DNA of 56,821 bases from Nanobdellota archaeon (GTDB taxonomy: Archaea > Nanobdellota > Nanobdellia > SCGC-AAA011-G17 > GW2011-AR17): contig JAHIMK010000069.1 of NCBI GenBank assembly GCA_018896675.1, positions 1-56,821 on the forward strand. The letters run 5' to 3'. The notes under the pieces were generated by a model. It was not told the DNA's origin and did not search any database. It saw only the letters and a program-made list of their open reading frames with translations. Positions 1-9,841 of the stretch are shown piece after piece (the first letter of the stretch is position 1; each line of letters begins with the position of its first letter). The translations under genes were made by a program, and so were the position numbers.

Positions 1-10
1 CGGTACTAAC

Positions 11-3000
11 TTGACAACTGAAAACTTAACAGTATATGTAACTTCAAATGACAATGATTCTGATGCTGTAACATTAGTTTATGATTGGAGAAAAGATGGA
101 ATTTCCGACGCTGTATTGAACATGCCGTTTGATGTGAATGGCAGCAATGGGAATACTTCTAATTTAAAAGATTATTCAAGTTATAGTAATAATGGAACAT
201 TAGGTAATGGCTCAGCAAATACAAGACCAAGATGGAACGCATCTTGTAATACTTTCAGTGATTCAGGTGGATGTTATGAGTTTGATGGAATTGATGATTA
301 TATTGGTATTACCTCTTCTGATGCGACTGCTCTGAAAAGTAATATAAGCACTATATCTCTATGGACAAATATTAAGAAAGTAGGTCCAAATATATATGCC
401 GAATTATATGTTGTAGGTGGTTTATCAGGTACGGGATTGATATTTAGAACTACAAACATCGGATTAGTTGCCAACGGAGATTTCTATAATATTAATGTTC
501 CTATAATTTTATCGTTTAATAATTGGTATCATGTTGTTGCTGAAATAAATAGGGATACAAATAATTTTACTGTTTATGTAAATGGAACATATATCGGTTA
601 TGATAACTTTACAGGATATACTCCTACTGCAACTGCCATAAAAATAGGGAGTAGATCTGTAACGGGTAACTCCGGTGACTTTATGAATGGCTCCATCGAC
701 CAAGTACAAATATGGAATAGAAGTTTATCTACTTCAGAAATTGCTATGCTTTACAATAACGGAGCAGGAATGTATAATAGGACACATTCTGATGCAACTT
801 CAAAAGGAGATACTTGGTATGCAGTTGTAACTCCAGTTGATGCTTATGAAGAAGGTGAACCTTATAATTCAAATAATGTGACTATTGAAACTTCTGTAGC
901 AACTGTTAGTTTAACTTCACCATTAGATGGATGGTATGTAAATTCAACAGCTAAGTTTGAATGTTTGGCAACAAGTGCTATTCCAATAACTTCAGTAAGC
1001 TTGTACCATAACAATACTGAAACTTGGCATAGTAATTCAACAATTACTTCATCAGCTACATCTGTAATTGCACACTTTACTGTTACTGGATTAGCTACTA
1101 ATAATTTTGATTGGAGTTGCAGAGCTTGTGATGCTACTGATTGTTACTTTGCTTCAACAAATAGAACTTTACATGTTGATGTAACTAATCCTGATATAGA
1201 ATTTGTAGCTCCTACTGCTGAAAATAATACTAAAGTTGCTACATTTAATAATTACAATTATGTGAATGTTTCTGTTTCAGATGCTTCAAATAATTATTCA
1301 GCATTTGTTGATTGGAATAGGAGCTTAGTTGGTTATTGGCGTTTTGAAGAAAATTATGATGATACCTCTACTTGGAATAACGATGGAACTTGCACAGGAA
1401 CTACTTGTCCAAATTTGACAACGGGAATGAGAGGTAAAGCTTACAAGTTTGATGGTGTGGATGATGTTATAAATCCTATTAATTTCCTTAATTTTAGTTA
1501 CTCCAACTATTCAGTAAGTGCATGGGTTTATGCAGGGTGGACAGACCAACCATTTGGGATTACAACAATAATTACTTCAGGATTTGGAACTTCAAATACT
1601 GGTTTTGTATTCTTTAGAATAAATTCTTCGAATCAAATTTACCTACAAACTCGTGTTCCACCAAATGGAGGATATGTTGGATTTGGTAAAGTAGGATTAA
1701 CATCAGATACATGGCATCATGTAGTTGGAACATTTGCATACAAAACTAATACTACAACATTATGTATAGACAATTCATGCACAAGTTCAACAGCAAGAGG
1801 GCAGTATTTGGATCCTGTATTTAATCAAAATATTAAAATAGGAGCCAAAACCACAAACACTTTCTTTAATGGTACAATAGATGAAGTAATGGCATGGAAC
1901 AGAGAACTTTCTTTAGAAGAGATTGGCTCCATTTACAACGCAGGTATTTACAAATTAGCTCACAACTTTACTGACTTAAATCCAGGAACATACACTTACA
2001 AAGCTTATGTTGTTGATCAGGCTGGTAACTTGAATGAAACAGAGCAAAGAAAATTTATTGTAAACAGTGAACCTACTGTAACCTCTGCAATATTAAACTC
2101 AACATTTGGAACTAATTTGACAACGGAAAACTTGACAGTTTATGTAACATCTAATGATAATGATTCTGATACTGTAACTTTAGTTTACGACTGGAGAAAA
2201 GAGGGAGGTTCAGATACAATATTAAACCTGCCATTTGATGTGAATGGTTCAAATGGAAATACAAGCAATATCAAAGATTATACAACAGATAGCCATAATG
2301 GAACATTGGGAAATGGAACCATGGGGACTGAACCTATATGGAATTCTAGCTGTAATGCTTTCAGTGGTTCTGGCGGCTGTTATGAATTTGATGGAATAAA
2401 CGAGGGATTAACATTTAATTACGATTTTGCGGATACAGATATAGCTGTTGGTGCTTGGTTTAATGCAAAAGAAGTTTCTGGAGGGAGCAAAGTTATTTTT
2501 GATAAAAATTGGGGAAGATTAAGTTTATATATTGCTAATTCAGATATTTACTTTGGATATTATAATGGTTCTCCTAATTCAATTGTTTCAGTTGGAGATA
2601 TTTTATCTAAAGATAAGTGGCATTATGCAGTCGGGGTTCTTGATGATGAGAATAAAGTTGCCAAAATCTATTTAAATGGCACTTTAATCGCTGAAGAGAC
2701 ATATGTTGGAAATTTAGATTTAGGAAGTAATAGGGTTTCTATAGGGAGTTCATATTGGGGTTCAGCAAATTTCTTCAACGGCTCAATTGATCAAGTACAA
2801 GTTTGGAATAGAACTTTATCTGCAGATGAAATTGTTATGTATTATAATTATGGATACAACAGAACACATTCTGATGCAACTTCTAAAGGAGACACTTGGC
2901 ATGTTGTTGTAACACCTGTTGATGCTTATGAAGAAGGAGAACCAGTAGCAAGCAATAATGTAACTATTCAAACTATTGGGACTGATGTAACATTAATTGA

Positions 3001-5100
3001 TCCTCAAAATGGATGGTATGTAAATAGTACTGCTAAGTTTGAATGCAGTGCAACTTCAGACATACAATTAGTAAATATTAGTTTGTATCATAATAATACA
3101 GGAACATGGGAGAATAATGTTTCAATAACTACAACTGCTACTTCAACTATTGCACACTTTACTGTAACTGGATTAACTACAAATAATTTTATATGGAACT
3201 GTAAGGCTTGTGATAATGAAGACATTTGTACGTTTGCTACAGCTAATAGAACATTACATGTTGACGTTACTAATCCTGATATTGAATTTGTAGCTCCTAC
3301 TGAAATTAATAATACTTTAGTTACATCATTTGATAATGAAGCTTATGTAAATGTTTCAATTACAGATGCATCAAACAATTATTCTGCATTCATCGACTGG
3401 AACAGGAGCTTGGTTGGTTATTGGCGTTTAGAAAATAATAATGGAACTTTCTTTGAAGACTCATCAACTTGGGGCAACAATGGAACTTGTTCAGGTTCAA
3501 CTTGTCCTAACTTGACAACGGGAATGAGAGGTAAAGCTTACAAGTTTGATGGATCTGAGGATTATCTAGATATCACTGAATCAGGCACGACTAGTTTAGA
3601 CTTAACTTTAAAGGGAACCCTTGAAGCATGGGTAAAGTCAGATATTTCTGTGCCTGGAGAGTCTGGACTGCCATATTACAGAGGAATAGTAGTCAAAGCT
3701 ACAGGTGGTGCAGCCTCGACTTTTACATACGGCTTGGATTGGTATGGTCAAACAAGCGGAAGCTTAAGAGGCATTTTAAGTAATGGTGCTAGTTCAGATA
3801 GTATTACTTATCCAATAAATCTAGAGATAGGCAAATGGTACCATGTTGCATTTACTTGGAATGGAACACAAAAGAAACTTTATCTGGATGGAAGAGAATT
3901 CAGCAGCAACACCCAAACTTTAAATATTCAACCGACAGACCATCCTGTCCGCATAGGTACAGCATGGGGAACTGGCTTTTATATGCATTGGAATGGCACA
4001 ATAGATGAAGTTATGATTTGGGATAGGGCATTATCTGCTCAAGAAATAAACGCTTCATACAATGCTAACATTTGGAATTTAGAAAACAATTATGATAACT
4101 TAGAACCAGGAACATACACTTACAAAGCTTATGTTGTTGACCAAGCTGGTAACTTGAATAATACAGAGCAGAGAACTTTCATTGTAAATAGTGAGCCTAC
4201 TGTAACCTCTGCAATATTAAATTCAACTTACGGTACTAACTTAACAACTGAAAACTTGACAGTTTACACCACTTACAATGACAATGATTCTGATGCTATA
4301 ACTTTAGTTTATGACTTCAGGAAAAATGGAATTTCAGATGCTGTATTGAATATGCCGTTTGATGTTAATGGTTCAAATGAAAATAGAACTAATGTAAAAG
4401 ATTATAGTACATTTGGAAATAATGGTTCGTTATATGGTGCTATCTGGAATGCAAGTTGTAATGCTTTCTCTGGTTCTGGCGGCTGTTACGAGTTTGATGG
4501 TATTAATGATTATATTGCAATACCAAATGGTCAAGAATTTAATTTTACAAACAACATCACATTAAGCGCATGGATAAAATTTAATGATTCAGTGACTGAA
4601 ATAAATAGGATTGTAGGAAAAACGAGTGATGTTTATTCTTTAGCAACATATCAAGGAAAAATAATATTTTACTTAAATACTAATGATTGTTATGTAATAT
4701 CAAATACAATCTATACTAATAACCAATGGCATTATGTAGTAGGAATATTTGACACAACAAACAACGCAACACTATACATTGATGGGCAACAACCTGCTAT
4801 GAGTAAAGTAAATATAAATTGTACTAATACTCATGCGAATGATAATCCATTTTATATAAGTTATTTAACTTCGGGTAGTTTCAACGGCTCAATAGACCAA
4901 GTACAAATCTGGAATAGATCTTTATCAACTTCAGAAATTTCAATGTTATATAATTATGGATACAACAGAACACATTCTGATGCAACTAATTCTGGTGAAT
5001 CCTGGAAAGTTGTTGTAACACCTGTTGACCAATATGAAGAAGGAACTCCAGGAACAAGCAACACTGTAACTATTAACACGCCGCCGCCAAAAGTTACGTT
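11..5100 (+). repeat. In-frame tandem super-repeat (periods 2106 and 2124 nt; third copy partial) inside the giant surface-protein gene
   Basis: The window's first 10 nt, cggtactaac, recur exactly at 4231-4240 before the third unit. Long near-identical stretches recur, e.g. acaacgggaatgagaggtaaagcttacaagtttgatgg and ggaacatacacttacaaagcttatgttgttga. Confidence 0.85.
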
Positions 5101-5830
5101 AGCAGAACCAATTAATGGCAACATAACTATGACTAATAGGTCAGTTAAATTTAGATGGTTGCCTGTAACAGATGCTGACGGAAATACAGTTACATATAAT
5201 CTTTCAATAAAATGTTATTCAAGTTTAGGAGGTTCATGCAGTCCAAGCGATGACAGAGGTTATGCTGGAATAACTGGAACAAGTTATAACTTAACTGAAA
5301 CTAATGAATTAAGATACTTAAGAGATGATAATTATTATTATAATTGGACTGTTACTGCTTATGACACTTATCAATATGGTGAGATTAGTAATCAGTCTAA
5401 CTTCTCACTAATTTCTGAAGTTATTATTACCATGTCTGTAGATGGTGTTGACTTTGGCAATATGGGCAATAATCAACAAAAGAATACGACTACTAGAAGC
5501 CCTGCACCATTGGAAATACAAAACTTAGGAAATGTACTTACAGACATAAATTTATCCTCAGCAACTGAATTGTTCCAGACTGGTTCTTTCCCTGGTTCTA
5601 ACTTCCAATACAGAATTAATACAACTCCAGGATATACTGCTGCATTCAATGTAGCTGGAACTCAAACTTCATGGACAAATGTTCCAATTGTTAATGAAAC
5701 TATCATAAGCAGTTTGAACTATAGTACTGGAAGCGACAAGGCAGACATAGACATCCATGTTCTGGTTCCAATAAATGAACCTTCTGGAGACAAAAGCTCG
5801 ATATTAACATTCATAGGGTGGTATGCATGA
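11..5830 (+). CDS. Giant secreted/surface protein built of LamG (concanavalin A-like lectin) and Ig-like modules; 5' end lies outside the window
   Basis: 1939-aa ORF open to the window edge. LamG C-terminal signature (FNGSIDQVQIWNRSLS..EI / NGTIDEVM.W.R.LS..EI) occurs five times. Super-repeat begins TENLTVY.TSNDNDSD at nt 11, 2117 and 4241. Very dense N-x-S/T sequons. Confidence 0.85.
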   Translation: MTTENLTVYVTSNDNDSDAVTLVYDWRKDGISDAVLNMPFDVNGSNGNTSNLKDYSSYSNNGTLGNGSANTRPRWNASCNTFSDSGGCYEFDGIDDYIGITSSDATALKSNISTISLWTNIKKVGPNIYAELYVVGGLSGTGLIFRTTNIGLVANGDFYNINVPIILSFNNWYHVVAEINRDTNNFTVYVNGTYIGYDNFTGYTPTATAIKIGSRSVTGNSGDFMNGSIDQVQIWNRSLSTSEIAMLYNNGAGMYNRTHSDATSKGDTWYAVVTPVDAYEEGEPYNSNNVTIETSVATVSLTSPLDGWYVNSTAKFECLATSAIPITSVSLYHNNTETWHSNSTITSSATSVIAHFTVTGLATNNFDWSCRACDATDCYFASTNRTLHVDVTNPDIEFVAPTAENNTKVATFNNYNYVNVSVSDASNNYSAFVDWNRSLVGYWRFEENYDDTSTWNNDGTCTGTTCPNLTTGMRGKAYKFDGVDDVINPINFLNFSYSNYSVSAWVYAGWTDQPFGITTIITSGFGTSNTGFVFFRINSSNQIYLQTRVPPNGGYVGFGKVGLTSDTWHHVVGTFAYKTNTTTLCIDNSCTSSTARGQYLDPVFNQNIKIGAKTTNTFFNGTIDEVMAWNRELSLEEIGSIYNAGIYKLAHNFTDLNPGTYTYKAYVVDQAGNLNETEQRKFIVNSEPTVTSAILNSTFGTNLTTENLTVYVTSNDNDSDTVTLVYDWRKEGGSDTILNLPFDVNGSNGNTSNIKDYTTDSHNGTLGNGTMGTEPIWNSSCNAFSGSGGCYEFDGINEGLTFNYDFADTDIAVGAWFNAKEVSGGSKVIFDKNWGRLSLYIANSDIYFGYYNGSPNSIVSVGDILSKDKWHYAVGVLDDENKVAKIYLNGTLIAEETYVGNLDLGSNRVSIGSSYWGSANFFNGSIDQVQVWNRTLSADEIVMYYNYGYNRTHSDATSKGDTWHVVVTPVDAYEEGEPVASNNVTIQTIGTDVTLIDPQNGWYVNSTAKFECSATSDIQLVNISLYHNNTGTWENNVSITTTATSTIAHFTVTGLTTNNFIWNCKACDNEDICTFATANRTLHVDVTNPDIEFVAPTEINNTLVTSFDNEAYVNVSITDASNNYSAFIDWNRSLVGYWRLENNNGTFFEDSSTWGNNGTCSGSTCPNLTTGMRGKAYKFDGSEDYLDITESGTTSLDLTLKGTLEAWVKSDISVPGESGLPYYRGIVVKATGGAASTFTYGLDWYGQTSGSLRGILSNGASSDSITYPINLEIGKWYHVAFTWNGTQKKLYLDGREFSSNTQTLNIQPTDHPVRIGTAWGTGFYMHWNGTIDEVMIWDRALSAQEINASYNANIWNLENNYDNLEPGTYTYKAYVVDQAGNLNNTEQRTFIVNSEPTVTSAILNSTYGTNLTTENLTVYTTYNDNDSDAITLVYDFRKNGISDAVLNMPFDVNGSNENRTNVKDYSTFGNNGSLYGAIWNASCNAFSGSGGCYEFDGINDYIAIPNGQEFNFTNNITLSAWIKFNDSVTEINRIVGKTSDVYSLATYQGKIIFYLNTNDCYVISNTIYTNNQWHYVVGIFDTTNNATLYIDGQQPAMSKVNINCTNTHANDNPFYISYLTSGSFNGSIDQVQIWNRSLSTSEISMLYNYGYNRTHSDATNSGESWKVVVTPVDQYEEGTPGTSNTVTINTPPPKVTLAEPINGNITMTNRSVKFRWLPVTDADGNTVTYNLSIKCYSSLGGSCSPSDDRGYAGITGTSYNLTETNELRYLRDDNYYYNWTVTAYDTYQYGEISNQSNFSLISEVIITMSVDGVDFGNMGNNQQKNTTTRSPAPLEIQNLGNVLTDINLSSATELFQTGSFPGSNFQYRINTTPGYTAAFNVAGTQTSWTNVPIVNETIISSLNYSTGSDKADIDIHVLVPINEPSGDKSSILTFIGWYA

Positions 5831-7026
5831 ATTACAGAAAATTAGCACTAATAGTATTCATGATGGTTCTGCTTAGCGTGAGCGTTGCTGCCTTAGGTGT
5901 AAGTCCAGGAAGAACTACAATTACATTTGAACCTAATGCCAAACATACTATTGAATTTGATATCATTAATGACTTGCATAAAGCAATGGATATAATGTTA
6001 AAAGTTGAAGGTGTTACTGATGAAATATTGACATTAAATGAACAACAAATACATCTTGGAGCAAATGATGAAAGGCGTAAGATAAGTTATACAGTTAAAT
6101 TGCCTAATAATTATGATAGTCCTGGAATTAAAGAAATAAGGATTGTTGTTGTTGAAATGCCAGATCCAAATTCGCAACAGCTTCAAATAAGTACATTGAT
6201 AGGAGTTATTTCACAATTAAGAATTAAAGTTCCTCAAGAAGGCAAATATGTAAAAGTTGATGATTTGGAAATAAGTGAAGCAATGCCTGGCGAGACTGTA
6301 TCTTTTAGATTGCCTATTGAGAATTTGGGTACAGAAGATTTAAGCAATGTAAAAGCAACTATTAAGATTTATGATCCTGAAAATAAATTAGTTGGACAAG
6401 TTTTAACTCAAGAAGTTTCATTAAATTCTAAAAGAAGAGAATTGTTAATTGCTTCTTGGAAAGCTGATGTAAATAAAGGAAGATACAAGGCAGTTGCTGA
6501 AGTAACTTATGATGGCTCTTTTAAAACTACTGAAAAAGAATTTAATGTAGGTGATATTGGTTTAGAAATATTAAGAATCTTTACAAAGAATTATGAGCTT
6601 GGCGACATAGCCAAGATGGATGTTGTTTTAAGAAGCACTTGGAATGAAATTATCAAAAATGTATTTGCAGAATTAGTTATTAAAGATAAAGAGGGTGACC
6701 CTGTTGGTGAATTAAAAACAGCTAACAGAGATTATGCACCACAAGAAGAAGCTGCAATTTCAGCCTACTGGGACACTTACGGATTATCAGAAGGAACATA
6801 TTATGGTAATTTAATAGTTTATACTGGAGCAGGAACATCAATTGAAAAACAATTCCAAGTAACTTTAGGCTTGACTCAATTAACAGCAAGCTTATTGGGA
6901 GCAACTGCTTATGCTACTTTAGGAGATGCACCAACTAATAAAGGAACAATAGTAATGGTGGCTACTGTAATACTGTTCTTAGTAAACCTTATATGGTTTA
7001 TATTTTTCAGGAAAAAGAAGAAATAA
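5818..7026 (+). CDS. Secreted, C-terminally membrane-anchored protein with CARDB-like beta-sandwich repeats (probable start ATG 5827)
   Basis: Signal-peptide-like N-terminus MNYRKLALIVFMMVLLSVSVAALG. C-terminal TM followed by RKKKK. ATGA start/stop overlap with the giant ORF suggests co-transcription. Confidence 0.7.
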   Translation: MVCMNYRKLALIVFMMVLLSVSVAALGVSPGRTTITFEPNAKHTIEFDIINDLHKAMDIMLKVEGVTDEILTLNEQQIHLGANDERRKISYTVKLPNNYDSPGIKEIRIVVVEMPDPNSQQLQISTLIGVISQLRIKVPQEGKYVKVDDLEISEAMPGETVSFRLPIENLGTEDLSNVKATIKIYDPENKLVGQVLTQEVSLNSKRRELLIASWKADVNKGRYKAVAEVTYDGSFKTTEKEFNVGDIGLEILRIFTKNYELGDIAKMDVVLRSTWNEIIKNVFAELVIKDKEGDPVGELKTANRDYAPQEEAAISAYWDTYGLSEGTYYGNLIVYTGAGTSIEKQFQVTLGLTQLTASLLGATAYATLGDAPTNKGTIVMVATVILFLVNLIWFIFFRKKKK

Positions 7027-7048
7027 TCTGAAAATCTGTTCAGAAAAC
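7024..7048 (+). repeat. Copy 0 of a dif-like palindromic core (TAATCTGAA-AATCTG-TTCAGAAAAC) overlapping the stop codon of gene 5818-7026
   Basis: Imperfect inverted arms of about 10 nt flank a 6-nt spacer. The same site recurs at 8248, 9838, 10981 (half) and inverted at 48401. Confidence 0.6.
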
Positions 7049-7069
7049 AAGACAAGAAAATAAATCATC

Positions 7070-7471
7070 TCACTTAAGCCTATTAGAAATCTCTTTAGTT
7101 GATATCCCAAAACCAATCTTAAACAGTAAATCTTCATATGTCCATAGTTTAATGCCTTTCATTAAACAGAGTGCAATAAAATCTTCATCTTTCTCATGCT
7201 TGCCTAATAGTACTTTTGCTTTAGGAAGAAACTGTTTGTATTCATTTAGTGAAACAAGCTTGATAATATCAAACATTATGGATGCTAATTCATTAAATTT
7301 ACTTTCTGAAAGCCCAGACTTCTTTAAAATCTCCTCTTTATTATTAAGGAATTCTTCTTTTAATCTTGCTGGAGCAAATATAACTAACTTAATATCAAAC
7401 ATTAGCTTTAATATATCTCCTTGTGAAATTAATATTCTAAATAATACGTTAGAATCCAGTACAACTTCCAC
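7070..7471 (-). CDS. vapC: PIN-domain ribonuclease toxin (VapC-like)
   Basis: N-terminal VVLDSNVL acidic motif, central EE, and C-terminal DEDFIAL...WTYED pattern typical of PIN domains. Directly abuts an upstream small antitoxin-like ORF. Confidence 0.7.
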   Translation of the reverse strand: MEVVLDSNVLFRILISQGDILKLMFDIKLVIFAPARLKEEFLNNKEEILKKSGLSESKFNELASIMFDIIKLVSLNEYKQFLPKAKVLLGKHEKDEDFIALCLMKGIKLWTYEDLLFKIGFGISTKEISNRLK

Positions 7472-7714
7472 TTATATCAATCCTTCTTTCTTTAATTGCT
7501 TGTGCATAGATGATTTAACTTTCTCTGATAAGAGTCCTGCATCTTTCTCAGTAAACTTGGACTTAGATACAATTTTAATTAATTTTTCCAATGCTTTTGA
7601 TCTTTCTATATCTGTCAATAATTTCTCTCTAGCCGATTCAGACCAGTTTACCCAAGCCAATGATTTCATTTCTGCTTTAATGTCAGCAGGTATTGCAAAT
7701 GTTACACTTGCCAT
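7472..7714 (-). CDS. Antitoxin-like small protein (VapB-like) preceding the PIN toxin
   Basis: 80-aa ORF ending one nt before the PIN start. N-terminus MASVTFAIPADIKAEM resembles RHH/AbrB-type antitoxin strands. Confidence 0.55.
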   Translation of the reverse strand: MASVTFAIPADIKAEMKSLAWVNWSESAREKLLTDIERSKALEKLIKIVSKSKFTEKDAGLLSEKVKSSMHKQLKKEGLI

Positions 7715-7870
7715 TTATAATTCACCCCTTGCGACCATTTCTTCAAATTTCTTTAATTGCTTGACCCTGCGGATGATAAATTCCCTTAGTACTTCCGACC
7801 ATTTCATATGCGGTAATGCATCCATTTTTTTCTTCAAATCATCAGGTATAGATAATGTTACAGTTGCCAT
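7715..7870 (-). CDS. Second small antitoxin-like ORF (51 aa), N-terminal paralog of 7472-7714; below the ORF-track size cutoff
   Basis: My translation is MATVTLSIPDDLKKKMDALPHMKWSEVLREFIIRRVKQLKKFEEMVARGEL. Its TAA stop directly abuts the next ATG. A TTTATAAA-type TATA box and ATGTTAACAT palindrome lie upstream (~7918-7935). Confidence 0.45.
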   Translation of the reverse strand: MATVTLSIPDDLKKKMDALPHMKWSEVLREFIIRRVKQLKKFEEMVARGEL

Positions 7871-8033
7871 TTTTACCATATTGATACCTCCACAGTATTA
7901 TGTTAATGAACATAAATATGTTAACATTTATAAACCTTTTGATGCTAAAAAGTATAATTGTAGGAAAATGAAACAGCATTAAGGAATAAGAATATGAAGC
8001 TTGAGTAAAGCCCTTAAATTATTACTTGCTTCT

Positions 8034-8099
8034 GCCAAAAAAGGATTTAACCAATAACAACAATGAAAACAAAATAAGGAAAGCTTCTATAAAACTTAA
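8034..8099 (-). repeat. Cassette-boundary repeat, inverted orientation (sub-family B)
   Basis: Reverse complement reads TAGAAGCTTTCCTTATTTTGTTTTCATTGTTGTTATTGGTT...GGCAGAAGCAAGT. It matches the repeats at 51902 and 53786. Confidence 0.8.
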
Positions 8100-8251
8100 C
8101 AAAATTAACTGCTACATTATTAGGTGCAACAGCTTATGCTACTTTAGGAGATGAACCTACTAATAAAGGAACTATCTTAATGGTAGCTACTGTAGTGTTG
8201 TTCTTAGTAAACCTTATATGGTTCTTATTTTTCAGGAAAAAGAAGAAGTAA
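8096..8251 (+). pseudogene. Duplicated 3' fragment (about 50 codons plus stop) of gene 5818-7026
   Basis: Encodes LTATLLGATAYATLGDEPTNKGTILMVATVVLFLVNLIWFLFFRKKKK*, versus LTASLLGATAYATLGDAPTNKGTIVMVATVILFLVNLIWFIFFRKKKK* in the native end. No start codon or upstream ORF. Confidence 0.85.
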
Positions 8252-8273
8252 TCTGAAAATCTGTTCAGAAAAC
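8248..8273 (+). repeat. Copy 1 of the dif-like palindromic core GTAATCTGAAAATCTGTTCAGAAAAC
   Basis: Matches 7025-7048 at every position after its first base; arms GTAATCTGAA / GTTTTCTGAA(rc) flank spacer AATCTG. Confidence 0.65.
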
Positions 8274-8298
8274 TGAGCAAAAAATTAAATAGTATTTA
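8274..8298 (+). promoter_or_regulatory. Junction module CTGAGCAAAAAATTAAATAGTATTT carrying a TATA-like box (copy 1)
   Basis: Repeated at 9864 and 10999, where the TTAAATA element sits about 25-30 nt upstream of the next ATG. Confidence 0.5.
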
Positions 8299-8343
8299 TA
8301 ACTCTTCCATAAAAGGCACGAGAAAAAGCGTAAAGTTTATATA

Positions 8344-9066
8344 TTGAATATCATTATTGAGATTATAATATCAAAAATGAGATTAAAAATGGAAGTAGAA
8401 CACTCTATCATTTGTTTGCTCTTGAAAGAGCCAAGAAAGAAATTTACTATAGAAAATATAGTTAAAAAAATAAGCAGCAAAAAAGCAAAACACAGTAGGG
8501 CATCGATATTTAGATACTGTAGTAAATTACTAAAACAAAACATTTTAAAATCAAAAGACCTTGGGAGGACTAAACAAGTAACCTTAAACCTCAATAACGA
8601 TGAAACCCTTGCTTTGATAGCCTATATAGAAATAATAAATAAAAATAGGTTTCTCAAACAGTTAAATCCCGGTTTACAAGAATATTTCAAAAAATTATAT
8701 ACAAACTTCAAACAAATACATGAAGTCCATTCCATAATAATATTCGGCTCATATGCCAAAGGAAAACAAAGAGCAGAGAGTGACATTGATTTGATATTTT
8801 TAATAGGAAAACCACATATCATCCATACTGCTGAGCATATCAAAATAACTATTAAAAAAACTAAAGACTTGATTACTGCAATCACTAATGACTTAGAGGC
8901 TTATCTAGGAAAGATTAAACTTAGTCCTGTAATAATTGAACTGGAAGATTACAAAAGAGGAGTCAAAGAAAATAAAACCGATATAGTAACAGAATCATTT
9001 AAGGATCACGTCATAATTAAAAATCCTTTTAGATACTGGGAAGCAATAGCAGACGAATTAGCATGA
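8344..9066 (+). CDS. wHTH plus minimal nucleotidyltransferase (MNT-type antitoxin-like) protein; true start probably ATG 8377
   Basis: NTase signature IIIFGSYAKGKQRAESDIDLIFL (GS...DxD). TTTATATA box at ~8334-8341. 4-nt overlap with the following ORF. Confidence 0.7.
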   Translation: MNIIIEIIISKMRLKMEVEHSIICLLLKEPRKKFTIENIVKKISSKKAKHSRASIFRYCSKLLKQNILKSKDLGRTKQVTLNLNNDETLALIAYIEIINKNRFLKQLNPGLQEYFKKLYTNFKQIHEVHSIIIFGSYAKGKQRAESDIDLIFLIGKPHIIHTAEHIKITIKKTKDLITAITNDLEAYLGKIKLSPVIIELEDYKRGVKENKTDIVTESFKDHVIIKNPFRYWEAIADELA

Positions 9067-9674
9067 TACTCAAGGATATTGAAGAGGACAAGGTAATTCA
9101 AAGATTTGAAGAAATCTTTGAAAATAAGAATGAAAAACTGAGAGATACAATCTTACTAGATAATAATATGAAGAATCTCCATTCCTTATTTACGGATAGG
9201 GGCAGAAAATCCATAAAATTAGCTGATTTTCTTTACAGGTTATCATTTATGGAACATTTTGAGAAAGAGTTTTTAGATGTAATGAAACAGATAAAAATAA
9301 AATATTTTTTCAATCTTGATGAAGTATTCTATGATTGGGTCACTGAGATTGCATATTATGGTATGTACGATTTGGCAACATCTGCTATAGCCAAAGAAGG
9401 ATTTAAGTGCACTACCCATTACACTACGAGATTGACTTTAGAATATTTGTATTGTATTAAAGGAAAGGACAGAGAAAAATTGTTTAAGATTTATGATAGG
9501 ATTTTACTAAAAAGGCAATTAATCCAAGACCTCAAGAATGCTCAGGATAAGAGGGAAATAGCCAGATATAAGGCGCCTGATTTAATCTCTCAAAAAGATG
9601 CTGAAGAGATTTTGGAGGACGCCAAGGAATTTGAAAAGGAAATCTTACCGTTAATAGTAACCCCTTCATGTTAA
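9063..9674 (+). CDS. Putative HEPN-like partner of the nucleotidyltransferase
   Basis: Operonic overlap with the MNT gene. The helix ATSAIAKEGFKCTTHYTTRL resembles the HEPN pattern A..AL...G....SH. I could not find a clear Rx4-6H motif. Confidence 0.35.
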   Translation: MILKDIEEDKVIQRFEEIFENKNEKLRDTILLDNNMKNLHSLFTDRGRKSIKLADFLYRLSFMEHFEKEFLDVMKQIKIKYFFNLDEVFYDWVTEIAYYGMYDLATSAIAKEGFKCTTHYTTRLTLEYLYCIKGKDREKLFKIYDRILLKRQLIQDLKNAQDKREIARYKAPDLISQKDAEEILEDAKEFEKEILPLIVTPSC

Positions 9675-9805
9675 AGCTTTAGAACTTTTGGTCGTTAATC
9701 AGCTAAAGATGCAATTGCCTACAAAAAGAAAAACAAAGAGACTATGGCAGCCTCCAAAAAACAATAAGCTTAAATTAGTATTAAAAAGATACTGATTAGT
9801 ATTAA

Positions 9806-9841
9806 ATATGGTTCTTATTTTTCAGGAAAAAGAAGAAGTAA
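9806..9841 (+). pseudogene. Second, shorter duplicate of the last 11 codons plus stop of gene 5818-7026
   Basis: atatggttcttatttttcaggaaaaagaagaagtaa is identical to 8216-8251. Confidence 0.8.

Noticed and set aside
7152-7982. 276-aa plus-strand ORF across the PIN/antitoxin locus.
   Set aside because: It is low-complexity (S/N/I/F-rich) and antisense to three motif-bearing genes, a typical shadow ORF in AT-rich DNA. The same reasoning applies to 509-709, 6722-6904, 8337-8594, 8622-8885, 11902-12246, 13687-13944, 15421-15726, 15927-16166, 16693-17028, 19219-19410, 20121-20324, 22019-22231 and 22251-22646.
9710-9775. Possible degenerate inverted boundary repeat (caattgcctacaaaaagaaaaacaaagagactatggcagcctcc) at the end of the MNT/HEPN cassette.
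   Set aside because: Only short islands (TTGCCT, AAACAAAG, GCAGCCTC) resemble the consensus. That is too weak to call without an alignment score.
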